Virus record (IMG/VR): IMGVR_UViG_3300044728_000147
Coordinates: 352-64,351 of that record
Strand: one strand, 5' to 3'
Length of the DNA: 64,000 bases
From: a virus
Below are positions 24,375-34,916 of this stretch, piece after piece (positions within the stretch are counted from its first letter, which is position 1; each line of letters begins with the position of its first letter). Below the pieces are notes generated by a model. It had not been told where the DNA came from. It ran no database searches and saw nothing but the letters and a program-made list of their open reading frames with translations. A program made the translations under genes and the position numbers.

Positions 24375-25874
24375 TTGAGACCCATGGGACTATTCAGCAA
24401 GAGACAAAGGACTCCGACGCCACCTGATTACATCGCCGGGGCGATTGTCGGATCGGGTCAGCAATTCAAGGTAGCCAGCTACGTTGACGCAACGTACTTG
24501 ACTCAGCTACGCCAGCCGTGGCAGCGCAAGGCCTACGATATCTATGACACCGAAGGCCACCTCTTTTATGCCACGAACTACGTCGGCGGTGCTCTTGCGC
24601 GAATCAAGCTAGTAGCTGCCTTCCGACCGAAGACAGACGGGGATCCCTCGAAGCCAGTGATAATCACCGAGGGTCCGATCGCTGAAGCCGTCGAGAACAT
24701 CAAGTCATCGAAGTCAGGTCAGTCGGGTATTCTGCGTCAACTAGGGCGTAACATCTTCCTAGCTGGTGAAGCGTGGCTCGTGGCTGAGACCAGCACGAAC
24801 GCTACGGGAGAGATTGAGCAGACTTGGGATGCTGTATCAATTGATGAGCTTGCTGTGGACGGCACCTCATTTATGCGCCGCTCTCTGCCAGGAGCACAGC
24901 CTACTCCGTTGCAGCCTGGCTCGTTCACCATGCGTATCTGGAAGGAACACCCGCGATTCAGCCAGTGGGCTGACGCTGGAACCCGTTCGTGCATGGACCT
25001 ACTGGAGAAAATCATCGTCCTGAACCGCGCCGAGAAGGCTATTGCTAGGTCACGCTTGGCAGGTTCGGGTATATTGGCTCTGCCACAAGAGCTTGTACCG
25101 CCTGCGTGGCAGAACCAAGCGAAGACAGATAACCCAATGGAGTCGAATCCGTTGTGGGCTGCTCTCGCTGAAAGCATGACGGCCCCGCTATCGGACGAGT
25201 CTCATCCGTCAGCAGTTGTCCCGTTGCTCTTGATTGGTCCGGCCGATGTCATCGGCAAGATGAAGTACGAGGAACTGAGTCGTTCGTTCGATACGCGTGC
25301 CGCTCAAGCCTCGATTCAGAACGCTATTCAGCAAATCGCCAACACTCTTGAGCTACCGAAAGAGATCCTATTGGGTACTGGCGAAGTAACGCACTGGACC
25401 GCTTGGGCCATCAAAGAAGACGTATTCCAGGCCCATATTCAGCCACTAATTGAACTTATTTGCGAGGCAATGACTCGTACCTATCTGAAGAAGGCGTTGA
25501 ACAAGCTCAGCCCCGCTCAACTAGCGAGCGCTGGAATCAAGGACCCTGAGGACGTGATGGTTTGGTACGACGCCTCCCAGCTTGTTATCAGCCCGGACAA
25601 GGGTGAACGAGCGTTGGCATTGCACGATAGATTCGTCATTTCCGACGAGACCCTTCGCAACGAATCGAGCTTCGGTGATGAGGACAAGCCGTCTGACGAC
25701 GAGTACGCCAAGAGAGTCGGTATCAAGATGGCCGATGCCAAGATGGCTATCACCGGCAAGCCGACCGAGCCGCCAGCCCCGGCCGCTCCTGCGGCTGGGG
25801 GTGGTGCTGGCCCAAAACCATCAGCCCCGGCAGGGGCGTCTCCCCCCAAGGCCCAAAAGCAAAGCCTCCCGTAA
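24375..25874 (+). CDS. Portal protein
   Basis: Position before protease/capsid; W..HPR....AD, RSRLAGSGIL, AVVPL, HWTAW motifs of actinophage portals. Confidence 0.85.
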   Translation: MRPMGLFSKRQRTPTPPDYIAGAIVGSGQQFKVASYVDATYLTQLRQPWQRKAYDIYDTEGHLFYATNYVGGALARIKLVAAFRPKTDGDPSKPVIITEGPIAEAVENIKSSKSGQSGILRQLGRNIFLAGEAWLVAETSTNATGEIEQTWDAVSIDELAVDGTSFMRRSLPGAQPTPLQPGSFTMRIWKEHPRFSQWADAGTRSCMDLLEKIIVLNRAEKAIARSRLAGSGILALPQELVPPAWQNQAKTDNPMESNPLWAALAESMTAPLSDESHPSAVVPLLLIGPADVIGKMKYEELSRSFDTRAAQASIQNAIQQIANTLELPKEILLGTGEVTHWTAWAIKEDVFQAHIQPLIELICEAMTRTYLKKALNKLSPAQLASAGIKDPEDVMVWYDASQLVISPDKGERALALHDRFVISDETLRNESSFGDEDKPSDDEYAKRVGIKMADAKMAITGKPTEPPAPAAPAAGGGAGPKPSAPAGASPPKAQKQSLP

Positions 25875-25978
25875 CGGCTGAAGAGCGAAGAGTTAAGCCT
25901 GGTCCAGCGCGTGTTCAACCGATCAGAGCCGCCGCTGCCCTCGATGCTTCTCGTGCTCTGGGCGAATATGACATTGAG

Positions 25979-26686
25979 TTGCTGCGCCAGATGCAGCGAC
26001 TCACGCAGGACCACGTATCGTTGGCCCTGAGTCACATAGAGGATTCAGTAACGGCCGCTGCCGACCCAACAGAATTCATTGAGCCGTTCTGGCTGGACGA
26101 GTTCGGGGTGCTCGCCACCGACGCTTGGAACATCGGTGAAGAACTGATTTTAAGCCTCACACCGGGCGCTTTAATCCCTCGACGCTTTGTATCTAACTTG
26201 ATAGAGAACGGTATCGAACAAGCTCGCCAGGGATACGCCGATCTACTCAAGACGCTTATTGCAGATCGCGCGTTCAACCCACTCAAGGAACCGGTCTACG
26301 GTGAATTCCGCCAGGGTGATCTCGTACAGTATGGCGATGTCAGGCCGTTACTCGTGAAGCTGGGAGGCGGCACAATCGATCCTACAGTTCAATTAATCGG
26401 AGGTGTCACGACCGGAAAGACTACAAATGACTGGTTTGAGGCGTCCGGTATTACAACTGATCAGAAGATTTGGCTCTATGGCTACGAAGAGCAGCCACGA
26501 CGCACGTTCAACGGTCACCTACAGATGGATGGTCTAGTGTTTGAAAGCTGGACAGATGAAGGCCTCCGTATCGCTCCGCAGGATTATTGGATCCGCAGAT
26601 CGCACTACCAGCCTGGTGATCATTGGGGCTGCGCCTGCGTGGTGGCTCCTTATTTCCCCAATTTCGGAGAACCATTCACGATTTGA
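25979..26686 (+). CDS. MuF-like minor head domain (frame stays open upstream into the portal 3' end)
   Basis: W.YG...RR.F..H..MDG, PGDH.GCAC. Confidence 0.75.
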   Translation: MLRQMQRLTQDHVSLALSHIEDSVTAAADPTEFIEPFWLDEFGVLATDAWNIGEELILSLTPGALIPRRFVSNLIENGIEQARQGYADLLKTLIADRAFNPLKEPVYGEFRQGDLVQYGDVRPLLVKLGGGTIDPTVQLIGGVTTGKTTNDWFEASGITTDQKIWLYGYEEQPRRTFNGHLQMDGLVFESWTDEGLRIAPQDYWIRRSHYQPGDHWGCACVVAPYFPNFGEPFTI

Positions 26687-26727
26687 TTGTTCTATAGCCC
26701 TGTGTGAACTGGCTTACACTAGGGACT

Positions 26728-28020
26728 ATGGAATCAGCACGCCCTGAGGTATCTCATCTATATCAGCCCGACACTGCGTCCGGTGGATTCGTGATGAAGG
26801 TAGCCGTTGAGGGCCAGCCAACAGTCGATGGTCGAATCTTCGAAAAGGGTTCGATCACTTGGCGCAAGCCCCCGGCCCCTCTTATGTTCATTCGATCGAA
26901 TGACCCGTCAGGCCGAGGCGGTCACAAGTCTTCTGTAGCTGTCGGAACAATCACCGAGTTCTGGAGGGAAACAGATGAAGAGACCGGGATGGCTACCATC
27001 TACAGCAAGGGGTTCTTCGCTGCCGACGAAGAAGGTCAGGCTGCCAAGGCCCTTATCGAAGAGGGCGTTATCTCTGGCGTCTCAGCCGACGTAGCTGGTG
27101 CTGTAGTCGAAGAGCTAGAGGCCACCGACGATGACGAAGGTGGTCTAACGATCCGGAAGCGAATCACGGCAGGTGAGATCGTAGCCGTTACGTGCTTGCC
27201 GATCCCGGCTTTCGATGACATGAAGATTTCGGTCACGGCCGCTTCCGCCCCCGAAGGCTGGAAGCCGTCGAAACGGCTCTTCGATTCCCCAAATTTCACT
27301 GAGGCCACACCGCTGACACTTAGTGACGACGGCACACACGTCTTCGGTCACGTTGCTCTATGGGGAACGTGTCACGTAGGCCGTCAAGACAAGTGCGTTA
27401 CCCCGCCACGAGGCCGAGGCTACGAGTATTTCAACGTTGGCCACGTGCAGACTGACGAGGGTGTCGTGACTGTAGGCCGCTTGACTGCTGGTACGAACCA
27501 CGCCAATCTGTCATTCGGTGCTCAGCCCGCTGCGGATCACTATGACCACACCGGCTGGGCCGCTGCTTACGTTCACGCTGGCGAAGACTCGCACGGCATC
27601 TGGATTACGGGCGCTGTCTCGCCAACTGCTACACCTGAGCAGATCGCTGTACTTCGTGCTGCCTCTGTGTCTGGTGACTGGCGAGCAATCAACGGCGCTC
27701 TGGAGATGGTTGGCGTTCTGGCCGTCAACAGTCCTGGATTCCCAATTCCGCGAGCTAAGGCAGGTCTAGTAGCTGGTGCTCAGGTATCGCTTATCGCTTC
27801 CAACACTGGTTGCAAGTGCAAAAGCGCTGACGACGACTGTGACTGTGATAAGTCCGACTCATACCCGGAAAAGCAAGTGCTTGACGGTGAAGGAATTGAG
27901 GTGTTTGAACCCACCGAAGTAACTGAGGAAACTCAGATTGTTGAAGGTGAGACGGTCGAGGACCTTGAGAATGAATTGGCCTTGCTCGACATTCAAGTGC
28001 TCTATCCAGAGCGTATCTGA
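26728..28020 (+). CDS. Capsid maturation protease
   Basis: EG..T.DGR, GH....VG.I, GVS.D, IPAF, GHVALWG.CH, SVSGDWR, VNSPGFP. Confidence 0.85.
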   Translation: MESARPEVSHLYQPDTASGGFVMKVAVEGQPTVDGRIFEKGSITWRKPPAPLMFIRSNDPSGRGGHKSSVAVGTITEFWRETDEETGMATIYSKGFFAADEEGQAAKALIEEGVISGVSADVAGAVVEELEATDDDEGGLTIRKRITAGEIVAVTCLPIPAFDDMKISVTAASAPEGWKPSKRLFDSPNFTEATPLTLSDDGTHVFGHVALWGTCHVGRQDKCVTPPRGRGYEYFNVGHVQTDEGVVTVGRLTAGTNHANLSFGAQPAADHYDHTGWAAAYVHAGEDSHGIWITGAVSPTATPEQIAVLRAASVSGDWRAINGALEMVGVLAVNSPGFPIPRAKAGLVAGAQVSLIASNTGCKCKSADDDCDCDKSDSYPEKQVLDGEGIEVFEPTEVTEETQIVEGETVEDLENELALLDIQVLYPERI

Positions 28021-28065
28021 CCGGGTGTCATTTACCCATAAACGTATCTAGTATCGTTACCTGAT

Positions 28066-29775
28066 ATGAGCACTGAAGCTGTTGAAGAGACCGAAGAGTT
28101 CGAAGTGGATTTGTCGGCTCTTGACGATGACGAACTTGAGGCGTTCGAAGCCCTGTTGGTTTCCGAATACCAGAGCATTCGTAACGGCGAGAACGAAGAG
28201 TTCTCCGCTACAGAGGCTCGCGACGAGCTAAAGTCCATCGCTGAGGCGTTGAAGTCCGTAAGGGCTGAAGCCGCTGAGCGAATTGAGCTAGCTGAGGCGG
28301 ACGAAGTCGCTGAAAGCGACTCGATCTCTGCAAAGCTCACCGCCCTGAAGGCTGCCAAGGCTGCCAAGGCAGTCGAGCTAGCTGAAGCCGCTGAGGCCGA
28401 AGCTGTCGCTGCTCCTGAGAAGGAAGAGAAGGAAGTCGAGGAAGAGGTCGAGGAAGAGTTGGCTGAAGACGTCAAGATCACCCCGAAGGAAGTTGAGGGT
28501 GACTCTCCGGTCGAGTTGGCCGAAGAGAAGGCGTTCAACGTTACGGCTTCCGCTGACATTCGAGGCTTTAAGGCCGGTCAGGACCTGAAGTCTTGGCGGG
28601 GAGTTGCCGAGGCCTTCACCTCAAAGCGCCCGGATGTTCGAGGCACAGATCCCGGAGCGGACGGTACTCGTTTCCTAGTCGCTTCAGTCCATGGTGAGTT
28701 CTCCGAGGATCGCATCCTTACGAACGACATCGACTCCAACATGGCCAAGATTGAGGCCGTTGCCTCCGAGCAGGCGATCACCGCTTCCGGTGGTCTCTGC
28801 GCCATGATCACCCCGTACTACCAGTTCAAGACCTGGGGAGACGCTCACCGCCCAGTGCGCGATGCCCTCCCAGTGTTCAAGGCTGAGCGAGGCGGAATCC
28901 GATTCATGCCGTCGCCAGTTCTTACGGACCTAGCCGGTTCTGTTCGAGTCACGACCGCTGCTCAGGACGCTGCTGGCTATACGAACCAGGATCCAGCCGG
29001 AACAACCGCTCCGAAGCCGTGTCTACACGTCACGTGTGAGGCCGAGCAGACCTGCATCATCGAGGCCATCCACCGCTGCTTGACCTTTGGTAACTTCGGT
29101 GCCCGAACGTACCCGGAGCAGGTTGAGGCTTGGCTGAAGCTAGGAAACGTCGAGTTCTCTCGATACTCCGAGACGAGGCTGATCGACGCCATCATCGCTA
29201 ACAGCACCGCCGTTACGGCCGCTCAGACCTACGGCGCAACGTTCTCGATCCTTGAGCAGATCGAATTGGTGGTTGCCAGCTTCCGAGCACGACACCGACT
29301 GTCTTCGAACGCCAGCTTCCGAGGCCTGTTCCCGTTCTGGCTAACCGGCATCATCAAGAACGACATCGCCGCTCAGGCTCCTGGTGACGGTATCTCCCGA
29401 TACAACATCACTGATGGGCAGGTCAGCGATTGGTTCTCGTCTCGTGGTGTCAACCCAACCTGGTACCAGGACCACTCGACCGGCGCTGGTGCCCCGTTCG
29501 TCACACCTGCGGTCGGCGCTCTTGAGACATGGCCAGCTTCCGCTGAGTGGGTCATCTACCCTGAGGGAACCTTCCTTTACCTAGATGGTGGAACGCTCGA
29601 CCTAGGTCTCGTACGAGATTCGACGCTTAACAGCACGAACGACTACCAGATCTTCTACGAGGAATTCAACAAGGTCTGCAAGTTGGGCCTTGAGTCCTTG
29701 GTAGTTACCTCGGATCTATGCGCCAACGGCACCTACGCTCCGGCTGACGAATTGCGAGTCTGCACCGGTAGCTGA
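28066..29775 (+). CDS. Major capsid (hexamer) protein with N-terminal acidic scaffold
   Basis: Glu/Ala-rich N-terminus, TASGGLCA, RGGIRF, KPC..V.C, LDLG.VRDS.LN..NDY. Confidence 0.9.
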   Translation: MSTEAVEETEEFEVDLSALDDDELEAFEALLVSEYQSIRNGENEEFSATEARDELKSIAEALKSVRAEAAERIELAEADEVAESDSISAKLTALKAAKAAKAVELAEAAEAEAVAAPEKEEKEVEEEVEEELAEDVKITPKEVEGDSPVELAEEKAFNVTASADIRGFKAGQDLKSWRGVAEAFTSKRPDVRGTDPGADGTRFLVASVHGEFSEDRILTNDIDSNMAKIEAVASEQAITASGGLCAMITPYYQFKTWGDAHRPVRDALPVFKAERGGIRFMPSPVLTDLAGSVRVTTAAQDAAGYTNQDPAGTTAPKPCLHVTCEAEQTCIIEAIHRCLTFGNFGARTYPEQVEAWLKLGNVEFSRYSETRLIDAIIANSTAVTAAQTYGATFSILEQIELVVASFRARHRLSSNASFRGLFPFWLTGIIKNDIAAQAPGDGISRYNITDGQVSDWFSSRGVNPTWYQDHSTGAGAPFVTPAVGALETWPASAEWVIYPEGTFLYLDGGTLDLGLVRDSTLNSTNDYQIFYEEFNKVCKLGLESLVVTSDLCANGTYAPADELRVCTGS

Positions 29776-29800
29776 TCTAATCAATCCAACCACACCGAAT

Positions 29801-29830
29801 GAGACCGGGGTCTTTGATCCCGGTCTCTTT
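29801..29830 (+). terminator. Intrinsic terminator after capsid gene
   Basis: gagaccggg...cccggtctc-ttt. Confidence 0.7.
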
Positions 29831-29854
29831 CCATTATGAGGTAGCATTAGTTCT

Positions 29855-31189
29855 ATGACTGTTGACGTTCAAGCGCCGCCCCTCTCTGCACCGCGGGTCT
29901 CTTTGATCTCGTCAGCACTACAAGGTGTTGCACCCGCAGGTGAGAGGTGGTACGGCAGACTTGCAATTCAGAACATCTCCGCTATCGATGCAACTGGATT
30001 GTTTCCTATTTGCCCGACTGACGAAGAAACAAAGGACGCTCAGAATAGACTAGGTGGAACTGACTTTTTCCCTTTCGTTGTCTATGCCTCTGACGCTTGT
30101 TCAACCTTCACGGGCGTCAAGCGAGAGAACGCCAAGGTAAAGCTCGACGTCATCGAATCGTGGTGGCTTGAGCGAGAGTTCTGGGAGGGTTCGCTAGCTC
30201 TCGGTAACCCATCGCTCGTTGGGGCCGACTCCGACGTACTAGGAACAAGCGAAGACGTCAAGACAGGTTTCGGCCTGATCGACGCCGCCATTGCGACGTC
30301 CGGTCACGACGGGCGAGGCATGATCCATCTTGATCCGGCCACGTTCGATGCGCTACAGGGCTACGAACTGTTCCGCCGAGAGGGCAACGTGTGGTTGTCG
30401 CCGCTCGACAACTACGTCGTGCCGGGTCACGGGTACACCGGTAACGGCCCGAACCCTGGCGGCGGGGCTAACGAGAACGCCGCAACCGACACGGTCCGCT
30501 GGATCTACGGCCACCCCGGAATGGTCGTGGTTTATCGCGGCCCTGTCATCTTTACGCCGCCTGAAACGGATGGCCCTGACAAGGAAGCTATCGATCGTCA
30601 AACCAACGACATCGTTGTCTACGCTGAGCGCGCTATTGGTTTCGTACTGTCGAACCCACTCGATGATGGTGAGGTAGGCTTCTACGCTGTTAGCGTCGAC
30701 CTAACTACCGGCGCAGCCTGCTGCGCTGGTGAAGGCGGTGGCGGCGGTGGCCTGACCAATGCCGAACTACGAGCTACCCCCGTACCTGTTAGTGGCACGG
30801 TCACAACAGGCGGCTTGACCGATACCCAGCTACGTGCCACAGCCGTACCTGTTAGCGGCCCGCTCACCGACACTCAACTACGTGCTACTGCTGTCCCAAT
30901 CTCTCAGGCCACGGCCACGGTCACTCGAACACGGGCCAACGCTGACTCTGGCGGTGGTGGGCTAGCCCACGGCACACTTTACGGCTGGTTCATCGAAGAG
31001 ACCGCTGCCGTTGCGGCTATTGTGAGAATTAGGTTCGGTGATGACAACGCCGATACGCCGTTTATCCCAATCCACTTAGCCGCAGGAGAATCCGTATCAT
31101 TCTGGTCCGAGCGTGGTATCCCAACTGGAGGAAATATCTTCTACGACGTAGTTTCAGGAACAGTCGACGGAGTTCTGTTCTCCAACTGA
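29855..31189 (+). CDS. Capsid pentamer/minor capsid protein with C-terminal extension
   Basis: PFVVYA...CS, G.IH, VV.G.GY, N...V.AER; follows hexamer gene. Confidence 0.7.
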   Translation: MTVDVQAPPLSAPRVSLISSALQGVAPAGERWYGRLAIQNISAIDATGLFPICPTDEETKDAQNRLGGTDFFPFVVYASDACSTFTGVKRENAKVKLDVIESWWLEREFWEGSLALGNPSLVGADSDVLGTSEDVKTGFGLIDAAIATSGHDGRGMIHLDPATFDALQGYELFRREGNVWLSPLDNYVVPGHGYTGNGPNPGGGANENAATDTVRWIYGHPGMVVVYRGPVIFTPPETDGPDKEAIDRQTNDIVVYAERAIGFVLSNPLDDGEVGFYAVSVDLTTGAACCAGEGGGGGGLTNAELRATPVPVSGTVTTGGLTDTQLRATAVPVSGPLTDTQLRATAVPISQATATVTRTRANADSGGGGLAHGTLYGWFIEETAAVAAIVRIRFGDDNADTPFIPIHLAAGESVSFWSERGIPTGGNIFYDVVSGTVDGVLFSN

Positions 31190-31212
31190 TCCTACTGATC
31201 TAGAATAGGGTC

Positions 31213-31965
31213 ATGGCCGTTTTCGTAGACCACCTGCCTTGCGGGTCCTACCCATATCTGACACCGGCTGAATTCATTCTCAAGTGCCCCGAGGCGCAAG
31301 GGCTAGAGGAGGACGATCCGGATGTCCTAGATGCTATAGAAGACGCCTCGTTGCTCATGTATTACCTGCTAGGTAGGCAATTTGACGGGACTTGCGAAAC
31401 AACCTACAGACCACCAGCAGGTGATTGCTACACTTCCTGGAGAATCCGTACGAGCTTGTGGCCTGTAACCGACATCGTCTCTATCCGCTACGACGGTACT
31501 GCTCAGGATCCGGCTGACTTTCACGTGGACGAATATCGTTACATTGTTCGCAACGATGGTGAAGCGTTCCCTGTCAAGGCTAATTGGTGGGCCGTCACCG
31601 GCTCCGCTGAAGATGACCCGGACAGCAACGATGGGTCAGTTTTCGAGGTGACGCTGGAGCACGGTATCGTACCACCTCGCCTCGTCACTCGCGCTACCCG
31701 TGCACTCGCTTGTCAGTTGTTCGATGGCTGCTCCAGCATCGGCCCTTGCAAGCTCCCCGAGCGCACTACCTCAGTGTCCCGTAACGGCGTCACAATGGAT
31801 GTAGCGAGCGCTGCGGAAATGCTTCGTGACCGTCGTACCGGGATTTATTTAGTTGATTTAGCCATCGCTACGTTCAATCCGTCCGGCTTACAGTCCCCGA
31901 CGTTTGTGTGGTCCCCTGATATGCGGCGAGGTATTCGATCCTTCCCGCCCGAGAGCGCATCATGA
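31213..31965 (+). CDS. Head-to-tail adaptor
   Basis: AS..MY.L.GRQF.G.C, CKLP.R..SVSR.GV, TG...VD. Confidence 0.8.
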   Translation: MAVFVDHLPCGSYPYLTPAEFILKCPEAQGLEEDDPDVLDAIEDASLLMYYLLGRQFDGTCETTYRPPAGDCYTSWRIRTSLWPVTDIVSIRYDGTAQDPADFHVDEYRYIVRNDGEAFPVKANWWAVTGSAEDDPDSNDGSVFEVTLEHGIVPPRLVTRATRALACQLFDGCSSIGPCKLPERTTSVSRNGVTMDVASAAEMLRDRRTGIYLVDLAIATFNPSGLQSPTFVWSPDMRRGIRSFPPESAS

Positions 31966-32768
31966 CAAAGGAGGTATCTTCTGGCCTACGTTCGGGCGGT
32001 GGTGGGTCCGGAATTCGTAGCGGCGGGGGCGGCTCCGGGGTTCCACCTGCACCTTCTGGTACCCCACTCGCTAACGCCATAATGGCGTTGTCACCGTTGG
32101 GATTCTGGAAGCTCGATGAGACCTCTGGCACAACTGCCACGGACTACTCGGGCAACGCCCGTCACGGCACATACGCAGGAACCGTGACCCTCAACAACAT
32201 CGCTGGTCCGTACAACGCATTCCCGAACTTCCAGGGTGGGCGAGTATCAGTGGCCGACAACACTGTCTGGACCCTGGGTACCACTCCCGGACTCACCATT
32301 TTTGCTCTCATAAAGCCGGACTCGGTAGCTGCTGGACTCAAATTCGTGGTGACGAAGGGCGCTGCCTCAAACTATGAGTGGCAAACTACTATCAACTCTA
32401 CTGCGGGCAGGTTTACAATCGAGTCCTTCAATTCAGCCGATGGAAACACACTCAGAACTAGCACCAGCACGCAAGTGTTAGGCACTGGGTGGCAGGCGAT
32501 CGTAACGACGCTGGCAGGAGCGCTCAATTCCTCCGCTTCAACCCTGTACAGGAACAATAACACACCAATAACCCCCGGTTTATCCGGTGGATCTGGCACA
32601 AACTCCAACGGAACAGCCGCTCTCGTTATCGGAGATCGAGCCGACTTGCCGTCATCGGCGCTTTCATTTGATGGCGGCATAGCGTACGTGGCTACGTTTG
32701 CGGGTGTCCTGGACGCTACACAGGTTGGTTCAATCATGACTGTGGCTGACTCAGATGGCTGGTACTAG
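31962..32768 (+). CDS. LamG/ConA-like virion protein
   Basis: P.GFWKLDETSGTTA.D.SGN..HGTY, L.IG....F.G.I..VA. Confidence 0.8.
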   Translation: MTKEVSSGLRSGGGGSGIRSGGGGSGVPPAPSGTPLANAIMALSPLGFWKLDETSGTTATDYSGNARHGTYAGTVTLNNIAGPYNAFPNFQGGRVSVADNTVWTLGTTPGLTIFALIKPDSVAAGLKFVVTKGAASNYEWQTTINSTAGRFTIESFNSADGNTLRTSTSTQVLGTGWQAIVTTLAGALNSSASTLYRNNNTPITPGLSGGSGTNSNGTAALVIGDRADLPSSALSFDGGIAYVATFAGVLDATQVGSIMTVADSDGWY

Positions 32769-32783
32769 GATACAGTTTGAGTT

Positions 32784-32945
32784 ATGGCTGAATCACCCTG
32801 TTTGACATGCGATGAGGAGTATAATGTAATGGTTGAGGCCCAGGCTAAGCGCAAGGCCGATGTTCGTGCTTACCATGATGCTCTTATTGCTCAACCTAAA
32901 GCCGACGAAAAGCCTGTAAAAAAGACTAAGGCCAAGACTTCCTGA
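32784..32945 (+). CDS. Small hypothetical protein (MAESPCLTC...)
   Basis: ATG 7 nt after TACAGT. Confidence 0.55.
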   Translation: MAESPCLTCDEEYNVMVEAQAKRKADVRAYHDALIAQPKADEKPVKKTKAKTS

Positions 32946-32985
32946 GCGTCAATTAGGGGCAAACAGCCGTTGTAAACTCTGAGAT

Positions 32986-33651
32986 ATGGCTGTATGTCTT
33001 GGATCTGCGAGAGTCTGCGTAATTAGGGTTTCTCGCCTCAACTCCACCTGCTCGTGCGTTCCTGGCGCAACTGGTGCCGTAGTCTCTTCTGCAATCGTTA
33101 GGCTAGCCGCTAGTCCTGAATACGAAACCGGTGACGAATTCATCCAGAAGAATGGATGCGGCGACATTGAGCTTTCGATCAAGGACGTTGACCGGCTGAA
33201 GAGAATCAACCTTCAGCTTGAACTTGCCACCCGCGATATGGAGCTACTTGAACTTCTAACCGGTGGAACGCTGTACGTTGACGGTCTGGGAGAGCCTGAA
33301 GGATTCGCCCGTCGAGGCATCGGCGCCGCTGCTAACGATCCAGTGGCCGTTGAACTGTGGACGCGAGCCATCTCGACCGCAGGTACCTGCCAGGCCGACA
33401 CTTCTACCTGGTGGAGGTGGACCTACCCGAAGGCTCAATTTACCCTCGGGGACACCACCCTTGAGAACGGTATCGCTACTGTTCAGCTAACCGGCTTTGC
33501 TGAGGCCAACCCGAACTACGGTGACGGCTGCTTCAACGACTGGCCAGCAACCGACGCCATTGACCCGGATTCCCCGGAGCATTTCACGTTCGATACGGCC
33601 CCACCGACCACGGCTTGCGGCTATATCACGGTTCCAGCACAGACTTCCTGA
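32986..33651 (+). CDS. Major tail protein
   Basis: R..RL..C, YE.G.E..QKN.CG, ELW, W.YP, .ENG actinophage MTP pattern. Confidence 0.85.
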   Translation: MAVCLGSARVCVIRVSRLNSTCSCVPGATGAVVSSAIVRLAASPEYETGDEFIQKNGCGDIELSIKDVDRLKRINLQLELATRDMELLELLTGGTLYVDGLGEPEGFARRGIGAAANDPVAVELWTRAISTAGTCQADTSTWWRWTYPKAQFTLGDTTLENGIATVQLTGFAEANPNYGDGCFNDWPATDAIDPDSPEHFTFDTAPPTTACGYITVPAQTS

Positions 33652-33704
33652 TTTCCCCCTCATGAGCTATCATTAGCTCATGACTCTAAGTGGCGGTGTA
33701 ATGT

Positions 33705-34004
33705 GTGCGTGAGAAAGTATGGATCAACCGCATACGAATTGCAGTCGGATTGTTCCTGGCTGTCGGCATCTTCATCAACAATCGCGAGCTAACACCCGGT
33801 TGGATTGCTTTCCTTCTCGCTCTCATTGGACTTGGCGAACTTGCCGCTGCACCGGGAGTAAAATCGAAGAATGCTGAAGAGACTGATAAGCAGGATAAAG
33901 GGGTGGCTCAACCAGACCCTCCTAGTGAAGCAGATACTCCCAGTGTACCTGTTTCTAGGCCTCGCCATCGTGGGGGGTCTAAGTCGTTTCGACTCTCTCT
34001 CTGA
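33705..34004 (+). CDS. Membrane protein
   Basis: Two hydrophobic helices. Confidence 0.5.
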   Translation: MREKVWINRIRIAVGLFLAVGIFINNRELTPGWIAFLLALIGLGELAAAPGVKSKNAEETDKQDKGVAQPDPPSEADTPSVPVSRPRHRGGSKSFRLSL

Positions 34005-34257
34005 GGAGAGAGTAAGAGACCGCTTTGCCGTAGCTGCTCAGCTTGATTACACGCAGTGCCTTTCTCGAATAGACAACAAAACGGCCGTTCGTAATATATT
34101 CAATGGCATCCTGGATCAGTTACCAGTGTCCGAAGAAATTGTTCGAATTGAAGAGTACTTGGACGAGGCATATCCCCCTATTGGCGCAGCTTCCTGTGAC
34201 TCAATTTTAACAGTAGCTGGTATAAAGGTGGAAGAGGCGCCAGTACCCGAAGACTAG
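33871..34257 (+). CDS. Membrane-anchored protein
   Basis: Single TM followed by Cys-containing helical domain. Confidence 0.55.
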   Translation: MLKRLISRIKGWLNQTLLVKQILPVYLFLGLAIVGGLSRFDSLSEERVRDRFAVAAQLDYTQCLSRIDNKTAVRNIFNGILDQLPVSEEIVRIEEYLDEAYPPIGAASCDSILTVAGIKVEEAPVPED

Positions 34258-34266
34258 ACTGAAGGA

Positions 34267-34539
34267 GTGAGCAAGTCACCCTTAGTAGTCGAAGTTGGGG
34301 CAGACGGGGAATCTTACCACCCGTGGACCGAACTACAGCGGTCCGGTGCCCTATGGTTTCTCAATGCAGCGCTTTGGTACCCACGCGGCTACGCTATGAC
34401 ATCCATTTACCCGGACGACACTTTCAGTGAGTGTGTGGGCTATAAGATCATCGGGGACGGAAAACGCCCGTGGACTATGCCCAGCAATCTCCGAGAGATC
34501 AATGAAGCGTTTCGGAAGTTCAAGGAACTGTACCCGTGA
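34267..34539 (+). CDS. Hypothetical protein
   Basis: W.EL...G.LW..N..L..P.G pattern; GTG 6 nt after TAGACT. Confidence 0.65.
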   Translation: MSKSPLVVEVGADGESYHPWTELQRSGALWFLNAALWYPRGYAMTSIYPDDTFSECVGYKIIGDGKRPWTMPSNLREINEAFRKFKELYP

Positions 34540-34916
34540 TATCCCTGCTATCGGCCGTCACTGAGCAACAACCTGAGGTCCTTCAACAGATACAGGGGTT
34601 TCTACTCGGTGCCGCCACTCTCATCGCCAGTGTGTATGGTCTGTGGCGTTTCAAGCCAACACGCACCATAATTCTGCGCCTTGTTCGCACAACTACACAG
34701 TCTGCAACCGACTGGTTTGATCTACGAATTCACCGTGGTGTAACCATTGCTACCAACGATATTCGTCAGCAGGTATTCCCGAATAGGGAGGGATCGTCCG
34801 TTCTTGATCGTACCTATCGGCTAGAGCAGGCCCAGGAGGCCCTCATATCAAGGGTGAATGACATCCGAGAAGAACTTGACGTTATAGCGAGTAAGCTAGA
34901 AGAGTGGCCCAAGTAG
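34536..34916 (+). CDS. Membrane protein with C-terminal coiled coil
   Basis: TM segment; GSSVLD...RLE. Confidence 0.6.
   Translation: MISLLSAVTEQQPEVLQQIQGFLLGAATLIASVYGLWRFKPTRTIILRLVRTTTQSATDWFDLRIHRGVTIATNDIRQQVFPNREGSSVLDRTYRLEQAQEALISRVNDIREELDVIASKLEEWPK

Noticed and set aside
33660..33683. Palindrome TCATGAGCTA-TCAT-TAGCTCATGA
   Set aside because: Single instance after the major tail gene; likely an ordinary hairpin
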